Shown: positions 29,567-46,339, counted from the stretch's first letter. The stretch: DNA of 64,000 nt from Eledone cirrhosa (GCA_964016885.1 OZ024749.1:18352001-18416000); one strand, 5' to 3'. The notes: generated by a model from the sequence alone, not told the origin. Made by a program: numbers and translations.

Positions 29567-32255
29567 CTAATGGATACAATTTACACTACCAGAACTTTTA
29601 GGTTTATAATAAAAGTAAGAATTAGAAATGGCGTGGGGGCAAGAGAATATCTCAGACTTTCTATTAAGTAAGAGTTCCCTAGAGAAAATTATAGAGTGGG
29701 TCTCAAGGATACAGAGATTACAGAATTTAGTGTGTGTTGATAGGTTATTAGAGCGTGCTACTATTCGCCAATTAAGGCTATATGGTATATTAGCCCCCTT
29801 AAGATCCCAGATATGGTGTGCTAAAGAAGTAGAATTCTTAAACTTAACATGTTTAAAATTAGAGATATGAGAATTAAACCTAGTCTTAAAAGTGTTAGAC
29901 GTAGAGCCTATATAAGTTCTATTAGAGGAATTAGTTATAACTACGCAAGCATAGACGATGTTCTTAGAGAGGCAGTTACCGTTTAAAGGGCAGCTAACAC
30001 TCACTCTACAGTTACACTTCCGGGTGCTATTAATCGGCCGAAGTAGTGATGCATCCCTCGTAGGGTTACTATGAGATAAAGTCTGCTCAGGTGGTAAGGC
30101 ATTTATGGATCTATCCAGACTACTAGTACGCAGAAAGGAGTAGCCATCCCTAATTTTCCCATTGTTAGTGCTAGCTAAATGAGAACTAATATTAGGGGTG
30201 GTAGAGAATGATAGTTTAATTACATTTTTATTAAAAATACCATGGTATTTATTAGTAGGAGGGAAATTTTTCTCTAAGATAGAAAAGAAAGACCTAGGGA
30301 TGTTAGTTAATACTTCCTGATTATATGGCGGGTTAAAATAAGTATTTAGTCTCCTTCTATTTCTATCCTTACCAACTCTACCGTTATCTAATATCCCATT
30401 ATTATTAAGATCTGGGTTACTACGAGGACTAGTTAAAACCACGTTATTAGAATCAGCCGAAACTCCATTGAGTCTCTTTCTGTTTCTACCTTTAGTATAT
30501 CTACTTGCTATCTGGAATCATATCAAAAGGATTAGGGCTAATAATAGGATCAGTAGAAACAACACTATTAGAATTAGATTTAGCATAAGCACTACCACTG
30601 AGTGAGCGCTCAGAGCGCCCAACTTGATCCCTAGAACTATTAGATTCACTATTACGAATCCGGTGGCTTAACTTATGGATGGGTTCGGATACACCTATGT
30701 GATTTCTACGATTCTTATGCTTTCTACTCCCATTCATGGCCATATTATGGGATATTATGTTATTATTATTATATGTAAGCGGAGACTTTCTAAGGTTACT
30801 ATTATTATAATGTATTTTACCAGAGTAACCGGAGCTAGCTAGGGCGTTATTATAGTACTCTGCATGTGCATTAAATATTCCTATGTCCTTAGAGAGTGTG
30901 GAAATTATATTAGATACACCATTAATTATAGAGCTTATCATAGATTTGGGGTGGTTAGAATTGGGACTAACATAAGAAAGTATTTCATTAGGCTTATGGA
31001 AGGGTTTAAAACTATTAGTGACCAAGTCCAAAGTCACATCTAAAAAGTTGACCGCTCTATCATTTCTATCTATCGTGATCGAAAGGTTAAAGCTTTTAAA
31101 AAACTTGTAAAGTTTCTTCTTATTATGCTCGATATTATTGGTGCTAGAATTAATCACAAACAATGCATCGTCACGATAAAGTCCGCCTTTAAGGTGCGGA
31201 AGGGTAACATACAGTTCATTTAGGAGGAACAGCCCAACGAGATCATTTGCCTGGGCCGAATCACTCGAACCCATTGTAACGTCGAAATTGTTGGCCGTGT
31301 TTTTACGGGTCCAAAATGTATCCTCAAAATTGATGATAGTTCTACGGGCTGCTAGTATAATATCAATCTGTGATCGTGTAAGGCTGGACACTCTCATGGC
31401 CATCATTAAGGCTTTATTAAGGAGGATAGGTGAAATCGATGTGTAATAGGCATCAATATCAAACTGGATAAACCTACTAGATTCAAGTTTATTAATACCA
31501 GAGAACCAATTTATAACCTCCTTAGTGTTTCCCCATAGATTAAAATTAACCTTCTCCCTAACGGCTGGTATAATAAGGTCAAGGATTTTCTTACTAATTA
31601 TGGCTATATCAGACTTAGAAGGACAGATGAGTCTAACAGAGGGATTACTAATGAAGTCTACCTTATGATCCTTAAGAGTGAATCTCGGTTCCCTAGGGTA
31701 ATATGGCTGGGTATACTTATCAAGGCCGAGGTCCGAGACTATCTTAAGACCCTCATTATTGATATGATCCAAATTATCTTGCATAGTCTTTTTATAATTT
31801 CTATGCAGCTCCTTATAAATAAAATTACGGTAAGCACTGTAATCCATAGAGTATAGATTCTTAGTCTTATCAGCCGGGACAAGAATATACTTATTCTCTC
31901 TAAAACCCTTAACAATATTTTTAAGTCTAGACTGGAACCTGTCAAACTTATTATAATTTCCATGTCTATTATATGGCCTATACTTAATATTTTTGACAAG
32001 GGAAAGTAAATCATTTTCAAAATTATCTAATAGAACATTATGTGGTGGGCTCTTATAAGTTTTGAAGCCAAAGTTATTGAAATGAGTTCTATGCCTAGGG
32101 TCAGTCCTATTCCTATTAATATCAAAGTGGAAAGCACACCATCTAATCCTTTTTACGAAGGAGTTAACACTAGCAATTAAGAGTTTTTCATAAGTATTTC
32201 TAGAGGGGATGGGAATATTCTTCAGAGATAAAGGCAGGTAGCTCTTTGTTAGCAT
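29567..32255 (-). pseudogene. PLE RT + GIY-YIG polyprotein, apparently a single frameshift near 30500
   Basis: ORF 30501-32255 has MLTKSYLPLSLKNIP, PADKT, FIQFDID and GLYRDD. ORF 29567-30442 has YFNPPYN, CNCRVSVSCPL, YIGSTS and CNLC. The two are in different frames. Confidence 0.9.
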
Positions 32256-35035
32256 ACTGTCAGATATATATAAAGGCCAAAATACCAGTATATAGGAGGA
32301 AGCTCAACCAATCAGGAGCCGTACCAAGAAATAAAATACTAGAGTGTGTTGGAGTTAAACACCCTCTTCATATTATAGAAATGTCAGTAAAGGTATAGCT
32401 CCATTGAGCTATACTTTTACCTTAATTAAACAGAGCCGAAGAATTAAGAAATAAACCAATATTAGATAACGGTAGAGTTGGTAAGGATAGAAATAGAAGG
32501 AGACTAAATACTTATTTTAACCCGCCATATAATCAGGAAGTATTAACTAACATCCCTAGGTCTTTCTTTTCTATCTTAGAGAAAAATTTCCCTCCTACTA
32601 ATAAATACCATGGTATTTTTAATAAAAATGTAATTAAACTATCATTCTCTACCACCCCTAATATTAGTTCTCATTTAGCTAGCACTAACAATGGGAAACT
32701 TAGGGATGACTACTCCTTTCTGTGTACTAGTAGTCTGGATAGATCCATAAATGCCTTACCACCTGAGCAGACCTTATCTCATAGTAACCCTACGAGGGAT
32801 GCATCACTACTTAGCCGATTAATAGCACCCGGAAGTGTAACTGTAGAGTGAGTGTTAGCTGCCCTTTAAACGGTAACTGCCTCTCTAAGAACATCGTTTA
32901 TGCTTGTGTAGTTAAAACTAATTCCTCTAATAGCACATATATAGGCTCAACATCTAACACTTTTAAGACTAGGTTTAATTCTCATATCTCTAATTTTAAA
33001 CATGTTAAGTTTAAGAATTCTACTTCTTTAGCACACCATATCTGGGATCTTAAGGGGGCTAATATACCATATAGCCTTAATTGGCGAATAGTAGCACGCT
33101 CTAATAACCTATCAACACACACTAAATTCTGTAATCTCTGTATCCTTGAGACCCACTCTATAATTTTCTCTAGGGAACTCTTACTTAATAGAAAGTCTGA
33201 GATATTCTCTTGCCCCCCACGCCATTTCTAATTCTTACTTTTATTATAAACCTAAAAGTTCTGGTAGTGTAAATTGTATCCATTAGCTGCTATATTCCCT
33301 TATCTTTTTTGTTTAGGTTCATTTTGTTTACCTCCATCATTATCATTATTATTATTATTGGTTTTTAACAGCTTTTCGATCTAGCTTTCATAGTCTTTTG
33401 GCTACCATACCATATCTTTCTTCTTAAATATTATATTTTCACTATTAACACCTTATGAGTTTATATCTGATTATATATTTTATTTTATTTTATTTTATAT
33501 TATTTTATTTTATTTTATTTTATTTGGATTCTCATTTAGATAATTAACCCCCCCCCCCACTTCCCCTCCCCTTCTCCCCCCACACTTGTCATTCGCCCCT
33601 TCAATTATACTATAATTATATTCAATTCCCTTTTATGCCCCTTTCTATTGTATAATACAGTATATTGATTATGATTTTATGCTCCTTCGCATCCTCCATA
33701 CATTTCTTTTTTCTGTCCCCATTGGCCTACCATAGTTCTATTTAAAGTCTGTTTATTAGATAACGTTATTCAACTGATAGTAAAGTATTTCATTCTATTC
33801 TGGATGTTCTTATTGTGATATATTAAACTTTGGAGATTTTGATTACTTAAACCATAGCTAATTTTGTATTGACTTATTATATATTTTAAATACTTGCAAT
33901 ATTAATTAATTTAATAGGGTTTTCTAGTCATTTATCCGGGTTTGTTTTCCTAATTTTTTTACTTAACTGCTTGTGACACCTAAGTAAATATTTTTGTTTT
34001 TGTTTTTCGATTTCCGGTTGATTTTATTTTATTTATATTTATATTTTTTACTACTGTGCGTAGTTTTCTGTCTGAGTCTTATTCACTTATTCACATATGT
34101 CTGTCTACCAACCATGTAATTATGTATATTATACTATGTTCATTATTTGATATTGATGTACCCTTATGTTAAATTTTGTAAATTCTGTAATATGTTTATA
34201 TTTTTATAATTTTTGTAATGTTTAGATAATACTTATTTATACCAATTGTATAAAAACTTGACCTCCGTCTGTTTTCTTACAACGGTATAGATATTTTTCC
34301 AGCACAATCTTTTCAACACAATTTAGTTCTGTATGATATTTTTTCTCACCCCCTGTGTGTAACTTTATATGATTTGTTATGTTATATGCCAATATATTAT
34401 AATATTGTTATTATAGTGTTATTGTAATATTTATACTGTTTGTGCAAATTGACCGGAGATTATTAATTATATATAGTATATTATATTTCATGTTTACTTT
34501 TACTCATTTCTTTATCATTTTATACTGTAAATAATATATGTATTATTTTTATTTTTATTTTTATTTTTATTTTTATTTTTATTTTTATTTTTATTTTTAT
34601 TTTTATTTTTATTTTTATTTTTATTTTTATTTTTATTTTTATTTTTATTTTTATTTAAACTCTTAATATGTGTTAGTTTGGGTTTGCATAGATGGATATG
34701 TGTATTGATATATATATGTATATGTATATGTGTACATATGTATATGTATATGTATGTTTATTGGGCCTTTTAGTATTATTATTATTATCATTATCAATTA
34801 TATTATATTATATTATATTTAGCACCGTAATTCTCCCTTTATATCACCACTTGTGTTTAGCTTTAGTTTTTGCAAAGTACTATATTTGTAATATGGTTCA
34901 AAATGTTATTCACTTCCTTAGCAATTTTTACTTGATAATTTTTACTTGATAATTTTCCTATGCTTTAATGTATGTATACTCCATATTCTTCTGAGTTTTT
35001 GGCTTGTATTGGCCGATAGTGCTTCTTATAGCTTT

Positions 35036-35082
35036 ACTTGCCCTGATGAGTCCTTAATAGGACGAAACATTGTTGGCTAATA
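35036..35082 (+). ncRNA. Minimal hammerhead ribozyme (family F; relative at ~50441-50485 on minus)
   Basis: GCC-CUGAUGA-GUCCU UAAU AGGAC-GAAA-CAUUG-UU-GGC. Confidence 0.8.
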
Positions 35083-35247
35083 AAGATTTTGATGTATTGA
35101 AGGTTTCTTTGGTTTATTTTTAATTCTTCGGCTCTGTTTAATTACATTGAGCTATACCTTTACTGTCATTTCTATAATATGAAGAGGGTGTTTAACTCCA
35201 ACACACTCTAGTATTTTAATTCTTATATTTATATATATATATATATA

Positions 35248-35283
<36 letters not shown>

Positions 35284-35371
35284 AATATATATATATAAAT
35301 ATATATATATTTATATATATATATATATTTATATATATATTTATATATATATATATATTTATATATATATT

Positions 35372-35406
<35 letters not shown>

Positions 35407-35532
35407 ATATGTATTTATATATATATATATATATATAAATAAATATATAAAATATATAAATAAATATATATATATAAATATATATTTATATATATATATA
35501 TATAAATGTATATTTATATATAAATATATATA

Positions 35533-35826
35533 TCATCATCATCACTCGTCGACTACTGTCGAGATGATGGATCTCACTCTCATGCCCCAGAATGTCCTGT
35601 CCCCCATCGCTGCCCCCAGGTCCTGTCTACTGATTCCCGTATCCCTAGAGATAACGTCAGGGAATGACAGCTTCCTGCTCCTAGTCAGGCTGGAGTCAGG
35701 GTTCCAGAGGAAGAGAGCGGATATGATTTCATTGCTGGCACGGTGACAGTGGCCAACAAATTGAGCTCTCCGGGATTTTAGAAGGGCAGAGGCTCGAGGG
35801 AGTTTGCCATAGATTTTAGACAAGGT

Positions 35827-35830
<4 letters not shown>
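35533..35830 (-). mobile_element. RTE-clade LINE 3' fragment with (TGA)n tail
   Basis: [35 protein letters not shown] is typical of the RTE ORF C-terminus. TCATCATCATCA tail at 35533. Confidence 0.7.
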
Positions 35831-35904
<74 letters not shown>

Positions 35905-35905
<1 letters not shown>

Positions 35906-38900
35906 GAATATAGACACAGAATATTCGAAAATATTCTGTATGTTTATAATAAACATTTTGAAGACCTAATCGCTATAGAATAGAATACGTCACGTATTAC
36001 AATTAGATTCTCGATAAAAGCAAGGGAAGTAAGTCTACGCGTTTCATTCTTGTTAGAATTCATCAGGACTACATATCCAGTGCTTTTATCGAGAATGACA
36101 CAGCTAGAGACTTATAGAATACTTAGCTGTGTACAGGAACTGGTTTGAAAGAGCGGTTGCCGGTCCGGCAGAAATTAGAAATTGGAATAAATGCTCTGAA
36201 ATAGCGATATATATGTGAATATAGACACAGAATATTCCAATTTCTAATTTCTGCCGGACCGGCAACCGCTCTTTCAAACCAGTTCCTGTACACAGCTAAG
36301 TATTCTATAAGTCTCTAGCTGTGTCATTCTCGATAAAAGCACTGGATATGTAGTCCTGATGAATTCTAACAAGAATGAAACGCGTAGACTTACTTCCCTT
36401 GCTTTTATCGAGAATCTAATTGTAATACGTGACGTATTCTATTCTATAGCGATTAGGTCTTCAAAATGTTTATTATAAACATACAGAATATTTTCGAATA
36501 TTCTGTGTCTATATTCACATATATATCGCTATTTCAGAGCATTTATTCCAATTTCTAATTTCTGCCGGACCGGCAACCGCTCTTTCAAACCAGTTCCTGT
36601 ACACAGCTAAGTATTCTATAAGTCTCTAGCTGTGTCATTCTCGATAAAAGCACTGGATATGTAGTCCTGATGAATTCTAACAAGAATGAAACGCGTAGAC
36701 TTACTTCCCTTGCTTTTATCGAGAATCTAATTGTAATACGTGACGTATTCTATTCTATAGCGATTAGGTCTTCAAAATGTTTATTATAAACATACAGAAT
36801 ATTTTCGAATATTCTGTGTCTATATTCACATATATATCGCTATTTCAGAGCATTTATTCCAATTTCTAATTTCTGCCGGACCGGCAACCGCTCTTTCAAA
36901 CCAGTTCCTGTACACAGCTAAGTATTCTATAAGTCTCTAGCTGTGTCATTCTCGATAAAAGCACTGGATATGTAGTCCTGATGAATTCTAACAAGAATGA
37001 AACGCGTAGACTTACTTCCCTTGCTTTTATCGAGAATCTAATTGTAATACGTGACGTATTCTATTCTATAGCGATTAGGTCTTCAAAATGTTTATTATAA
37101 ACATACAGAATATTTTCGAATATTCTGTGTCTATATTCACATATATATCGCTATTTCAGAGCATTTATTCCAATTTCTAATTTCTGCCGGACCGGCAACC
37201 GCTCTTTCAAACCAGTTCCTGTACACAGCTAAGTATTCTATAAGTCTCTAGCTGTGTCATTCTCGATAAAAGCACTGGATATGTAGTCCTGATGAATTCT
37301 AACAAGAATGAAACGCGTAGACTTACTTCCCTTGCTTTTATCGAGAATCTAATTGTAATACGTGACGTATTCTATTCTATAGCGATTAGGTCTTCAAAAT
37401 GTTTATTATAAACATACAGAATATTTTCGAATATTCTGTGTCTATATTCACATATATATCGCTATTTCAGAGCATTTATTCCAATTTCTAATTTCTGCCG
37501 GACCGGCAACCGCTCTTTCAAACCAGTTCCTGTACACAGCTAAGTATTCTATAAGTCTCTAGCTGTGTCATTCTCGATAAAAGCACTGGATATGTAGTCC
37601 TGATGAATTCTAACAAGAATGAAACGCGTAGACTTACTTCCCTTGCTTTTATCGAGAATCTAATTGTAATACGTGACGTATTCTATTCTATAGCGATTAG
37701 GTCTTCAAAATGTTTATTATAAACATACAGAATATTTTCGAATATTCTGTGTCTATATTCACATATATATCGCTATTTCAGAGCATTTATTCCAATTTCT
37801 AATTTCTGCCGGACCGGCAACCGCTCTTTCAAACCAGTTCCTGTACACAGCTAAGTATTCTATAAGTCTCTAGCTGTGTCATTCTCGATAAAAGCACTGG
37901 ATATGTAGTCCTGATGAATTCTAACAAGAATGAAACGCGTAGACTTACTTCCCTTGCTTTTATCGAGAATCTAATTGTAATACGTGACGTATTCTATTCT
38001 ATAGCGATTAGGTCTTCAAAATGTTTATTATAAACATACAGAATATTTTCGAATATTCTGTGTCTATATTCACATATATATCGCTATTTCAGAGCATTTA
38101 TTCCAATTTCTAATTTCTGCCGGACCGGCAACCGCTCTTTCAAACCAGTTCCTGTACACAGCTAAGTATTCTATAAGTCTCTAGCTGTGTCATTCTCGAT
38201 AAAAGCACTGGATATGTAGTCCTGATGAATTCTAACAAGAATGAAACGCGTAGACTTACTTCCCTTGCTTTTATCGAGAATCTAATTGTAATACGTGACG
38301 TATTCTATTCTATAGCGATTAGGTCTTCAAAATGTTTATTATAAACATACAGAATATTTTCGAATATTCTGTGTCTATATTCACATATATATCGCTATTT
38401 CAGAGCATTTATTCCAATTTCTAATTTCTGCCGGACCGGCAACCGCTCTTTCAAACCAGTTCCTGTACACAGCTAAGTATTCTATAAGTCTCTAGCTGTG
38501 TCATTCTCGATAAAAGCACTGGATATGTAGTCCTGATGAATTCTAACAAGAATGAAACGCGTAGACTTACTTCCCTTGCTTTTATCGAGAATCTAATTGT
38601 AATACGTGACGTATTCTATTCTATAGCGATTAGGTCTTCAAAATGTTTATTATAAACATACAGAATATTTTCGAATATTCTGTGTCTATATTCACATATA
38701 TATCGCTATTTCGGAGCATTTATTCCAATTTCTAATTTCTGCCGGACCGGCAACCGCTCTTTCAAACCAGTTCCTGTACACAGCTAAGTATTCTATAAGT
38801 CTCTAGCTGTGTCATTCTCGATAAAAGCACTGGATATGTAGTCCTGATGAATTCTAACAAGAATGAAACGCGTAGACTTACTTCCCTTGCTTTTATCGAG

Positions 38901-39971
38901 AATCTAATTGTAATACGTGACGTATTCTATTCTATAGCGATTAGGTCTTCAAAATGTTTATTATAAACATACAGAATATTTTCGAATATTCTGTGTCTAT
39001 ATTCACATATATATCGCTATTTCAGAGCATTTATTCCAATTTCTAATTTCTGCCGGACCGGCAACCGCTCTTTCAAACCAGTTCCTGTACACAGCTAAGT
39101 ATTCTATAAGTCTCTAGCTGTGTCATTCTCGATAAAAGCACTGGATATGTAGTCCTGATGAATTCTAACAAGAATGAAACGCGTAGACTTACTTCCCTTG
39201 CTTTTATCGAGAATCTAATTGTAATACGTGACGTATTCTATTCTATAGCGATTAGGTCTTCAAAATGTTTATTATAAACATACAGAATATTTTCGAATAT
39301 TCTGTGTCTATATTCACATATATATCGCTATTTCAGAGCATTTATTCCAATTTCTAATTTCTGCCGGACCGGCAACCGCTCTTTCAAACCAGTTCCTGTA
39401 CACAGCTAAGTATTCTATAAGTCTCTAGCTGTGTCATTCTCGATAAAAGCACTGGATATGTAGTCCTGATGAATTCTAACAAGAATGAAACGCGTAGACT
39501 TACTTCCCTTGCTTTTATCGAGAATCTAATTGTAATACGTGACGTATTCTATTCTATAGCGATTAGGTCTTCAAAATGTTTATTATAAACATACAGAATA
39601 TTTTCGAATATTCTGTGTCTATATTCACATATATATCGCTATTTCAGAGCATTTATTCCAATTTCTAATTTCTGCCGGACCGGCAACCGCTCTTTCAAAC
39701 CAGTTCCTGTACACAGCTAAGTATTCTATAAGTCTCTAGCTGTGTCATTCTCGATAAAAGCACTGGATATGTAGTCCTGATGAATTCTAACAAGAATGAA
39801 ACGCGTAGACTTACTTCCCTTGCTTTTATCGAGAATCTAATTGTAATACGTGACGTATTCTATTCTATAGCGATTAGGTCTTCAAAATGTTTATTATAAA
39901 CATACAGAATATTTTCGAATATTCTGTGTCTATATTCACATATATATCGCTATTTCAGAGCATTTATTCCA

Positions 39972-39975
<4 letters not shown>
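35905..39975 (+). repeat. 12 head-to-tail copies of a 311-bp HHR-containing unit preceded by one inverted unit (non-LTR retrozyme-like)
   Basis: CTGATGA cores at 36356, 36667, 36978 ... 39777 (period 311). Each reads AGUC-CUGAUGA-AUUCU AACA AGAAU-GAAA-CGCG-UA-GACU. Inverted unit at 35905-36235; (TA)n flanks. Confidence 0.92.
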
Positions 39976-40052
<77 letters not shown>

Positions 40053-40057
40053 ATAGT

Positions 40058-40084
<27 letters not shown>

Positions 40085-40089
<5 letters not shown>

Positions 40090-41022
40090 AAGAAAAAGAG
40101 ATGAAATCGAAAATGCAACTGGAGTCTTATTTTCTTTTTAAATATATATATTTATTTGGTTCCTTTACCGGTTTCGCAGTTCTTCTGCTTTTCAAAAGGT
40201 GAGTTGAGATGGAGGGTCTGTGGTTTTTCTCACATCTGGTTGGTCAATGAGTGTTACTTGTTTTATATGGAAAAAGTGGCTCGAAATGCCAGGCTTTTCG
40301 AGAAGTAATTTGATTGGTTTGTCAATAATTATAATAAATTTCGCGCCAGTTCGCGTTACAATAGTTCTTCAAATAAGAGGGGGGGGTTGTCACAGGTTGT
40401 TTTTTTCATATATGAGTGTTTGAATTTCTTTTTACTTGAAAAAAGGGGCTCACGAAGGCTTTTTTTTGGTTGGTTATAAATGAAATTATGGCTGTCACGT
40501 GAACAAGTGCCCTTATTTGGAAATCCATTCTGTAGCCTTTTTAGAGAATTTTATAAGTGAAAGATAATGGTCAAGAGAAAGGGATGGGAGAATTGTTCTG
40601 GTTCAGTGAATATGGTTAGTTCGCTGGGGTGTCAGAATTCAGATTTTCTATTGAATAAAGAAAGTAAAGACATGTATGTTTATTTGTGTGCTTGTGTGTG
40701 TGTGCGTGTGCGTGTGTGTGTGTTGTGTGTGTGTGTGTGTTTGAATTTCTTTACTTTAAAAAAAAGGTGGCTCACGAAGGCTTTTTTTTAATAAACGTGA
40801 TTTGATTGGTTATAAATGAAATTTGGCTGTCACGTGAACAAGTTTTCATTACATTTTTGCGCCCTTATTTGGAAATCTATTCTGTAGCCTTTATAGAGAA
40901 TGTTATGACAAGGGAAAGATGGTGGTCAAGAGAAATGGGATTGAGAAATATGGTTAGTTCGCTGGGGTGTCAGAGTTCAGATTTTCTATTGAAGTAAAGA
41001 TGTGTATGTTTATTTGTGTGCT

Positions 41023-41077
<55 letters not shown>

Positions 41078-42617
41078 ATTGGAAGATGATTCTATTAGTA
41101 GAAATGGGGGAGGGAGTTGTGTGTGTGTGTGTATGGGTGTTATGTGTGTGTGTGCGAGTATGTTAAGATGGAGAGAATATATATTTTGTGTGTGTGTATA
41201 TATGTGTGTAGGAAAGTGGTTCTATTAGTAGAAATGGGGGAGGGAGTTGTGGGTGTGGGGGTTGTTATGTGTGTGTATGGGTGTTATGTGTGTGGGAGTA
41301 TGGTTAGCATGTTAAGATGAAGAGAATATATATATATATATATTGTGTGTGTGTGTGTGTAGGAAAATGATTCCTTTAGTAGGAATATTTTTGAATGAAC
41401 ATATTTTCCTTACTTATTCGTATTTGTTCTGCTGTATTGTCAGTGCAAACGTATGTTAAGGTTTATTTAGTTCGGGTTTTTATTTTCTAAAGTAGAAGGT
41501 GTTATGTGTGTGTGTGTATGTCATATTATGGTGTTGACATAATGTATATTAAACCATATTTAATGCTGGTCTATATTTTTGAATAAACATATTTTCCTTA
41601 TTTATTCGTATTTGTTCTGTTGTGTTGTTAGCGCAAAGGTAAAATGGGAAGACTTGGAATTTGGGTGTCTTATTACTTGCGCAAATGTCTAGATGTGCAC
41701 TTAGTGGTATCTGTCTCGTGGTTGGATCTCGTAATTGTTGGCGATGAACTGTCATTCTGTTTCTGAGTGTGAGTTTAGTTTGTCCTATATAATCTTCATT
41801 GCATCAGTTACATTTAATGGCATAAAGTAGATTTTTTGATGAGCAAGTGAAGTGATTTTTTACAGTAAAATTTTATCCTGATTTAAATGTATACGTGTTA
41901 CCTTCAATGAGGTGAGTGCAGGTTCCACAATTAGAGCGAGTGCAGGTTCCACAATTAGAGCGACCACATTTTTTGATACTTGGTTGTGGGTTTGTGGTAG
42001 GTAATTTGGCATTGGTGAGTAATGTTTTCAGTGATTTTGGTTGTTTTTTGCTTTTGATTATTTTGTGTGTTTCAAGGGCTTTTTTTCATTCTTGGGTTTT
42101 GTTTTAGTAGTGGGATGTTCTTGTGAATAGTGTTGTAAGCTTCCGCATTTCTTGGGTTGTGTGTTGAGATATATGATAGAATATTGGACGTACCTTGAAT
42201 TTGTTTCTGTTTCCGTAATTCATCAATGCCTATTGCTTTAGCCCTTTCTATTCCATTATTTATTAGTAATAGTGGGTACTCTCTCTCGAGTAGAATTTCC
42301 TTTAATTCTTGAAGTCTTTTATTTTGCGTTTCATAATTGGAGACAATTGTGCAAATTCTTCTTGCTAGGTTAAAAGGAATGTTCGTCTTCGTGTGCTTTG
42401 GATGGTTGGAGGTGAATAGCAGATATTGTTTGGAATCTGTTGGTTTGTAATGTATGTCAGTTTAGATATTTGTGTCTTTTTTTAAGATTAAGATGTCCAG
42501 AAATGGGAGTTGATCTTGGCTGTATTCCATTGTGAATTGGATGTGGTTATTGATGCCGTTTATTAAGTTTTTGAAATCCTTCAGTTGGTCGAGTGTGTGG
42601 GGCCAAAGAATGAGGCA

Positions 42618-42621
<4 letters not shown>
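40085..42621 (-). mobile_element. Degenerate 5'-truncated Neptune-type PLE with U3-A8 HHR at 40160-40201
   Basis: Minus strand reads DCLILW, QFTMEYS, LPFLDI, SNHPKHTK, CGRSNCGTC and LYAIKCN*CNEDYIGQT, homologous to ORF 6157-8304, with stops and frameshifts. HHR: CCUU-UUGAAAA-GCAG..CUGC-GAAA-CCGG-UA-AAGG. Confidence 0.85.
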
Positions 42622-42666
<45 letters not shown>

Positions 42667-42668
<2 letters not shown>

Positions 42669-42798
42669 CGAAGGAAATGTGGTAAGGAACCAGGTGGACC
42701 ATAACGCACCAAAGTACTCAATACTTGAGGTAGTAGAGTGGGTAATAGGAACCAGTAAGACCCCGACAGCTGAGCTCAAGCCGTTTCGACGGCTAATA
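42667..42798 (-). mobile_element. Short 3'-end fragment of family G
   Basis: Identical to 45921-46000 and matches 44106-44155. Confidence 0.8.
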
Positions 42799-42857
42799 TA
42801 TATATATATATATATATGCCTATATATAAATATATAAATATATATAAATATATATAT

Positions 42858-42914
42858 AAATGTAAGTATGTATGTATACGTACATACATATATGTATACA
42901 GACGTACAGTAGCA

Positions 42915-42984
<70 letters not shown>

Positions 42985-43223
42985 TATACATACAGGTACA
43001 CATACATATATGTACGTATCAGTTTAGCGGACGCTTATTATAGCGCCCGTTTTGTTCGTTTGTAAACAAACTGAAGAGCCTGAATTTAGGTGACGTGGTT
43101 GCCTTAACACCGTGCGGCATAAATTCAGGCTGTTCAGTTTGTTTACAAACGAACAAAGCGGGCGCTATAATAAGCGTCCGCTAAACTGATACGTACATAT
43201 ATGTATGTGTACCTGTATGTATA

Positions 43224-43321
<98 letters not shown>

Positions 43322-43891
43322 TGCTACTGTACGTCTGTATACATATATGTATGTACGTATACATACATACTTACATTTAAGTAAGTGCCGTACTAAGAGT
43401 GAGAAATGAAATTTCGTTTTCATTTTATTACAACTCATCGTTTTCGGTGCGCCTGACCGTTTTAACTCACTCGATATGCAAATTAGGCTGCTCAGCCGTT
43501 AATTTTCATAAGGAAAGTATATACTTTCGAACGTTCAACTATCTGGCAGATGGGTATACGGTTCTGATGATAGCTAACAAACTTGAAACTAGTACATCGT
43601 TCCTGTGTCAGTGTTGAACAAAAAGGTGACGTGGTTGCCTTAACACCGTGCGGCATAAATTCAGGCTGTTCAGTTTGTTTACAAACGAACAAAGCGGGCG
43701 CTATAATAAGCGTCCGCTAAACTGATACGTACATATATGTATGTGTACCTGTATGTATATATATGTGTATATATATGCATGCTACTGTACGTCTGTATAC
43801 ATATATGTATGTACGTATACATACATACTTACATTTAAGTAAGTGCCGTACTAAGAGTGAGAAATGAAATTTCGTTTTCATTTTATTACAA
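42858..43891 (+). mobile_element. Non-coding element: inverted 5' part plus ~1.5 tandem units (~538 bp) with an HHR-like motif at 43558-43600
   Basis: AGGTGACGTGGTTGCC at ~43088 and ~43625. 42858-43087 is the inverse of ~43120-43377. Motif reads CUGAUGA..GAAA-CUAG-UA. Another fragment lies at 49846-50065. Confidence 0.65.
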
Positions 43892-43892
43892 T

Positions 43893-43947
<55 letters not shown>

Positions 43948-43997
43948 AATATATATATATATAAATATATATATATATAAATATATATATATTTATA

Positions 43998-46250
<2,253 letters not shown>

Positions 46251-46304
46251 ATATATATTTATATATATATATATAAATATATATAAATATATATATATAT
46301 AAAT

Positions 46305-46339
<35 letters not shown>

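Larger units (their letters stand above)
29305..35225 (-). mobile_element. Naiad-type PLE (family F): full ORF on minus plus a 2.8-kb inverted copy (32457-35225) of EN domain, 3' UTR and HHR
   Basis: 32457-33555 is the reverse complement of 29305-30395. 32330-32456 is the reverse complement of ~35110-35220. Confidence 0.9.

Noticed and set aside
35905-39975. CRISPR-like array
   Set aside because: Units are identical over their full 311 bp with no unique spacers, the context is eukaryotic, and there are no cas genes.
41790-41815. In-frame TGA next to cysteines (C-N-*-C) as possible selenocysteine, as reported for some Naiad PLEs
   Set aside because: The TGA aligns with Gly of CGGC (GGA>TGA), not Cys, in a copy with other disablements. 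The Cys codons I checked in Naiad-type copies are TGT/TGC.
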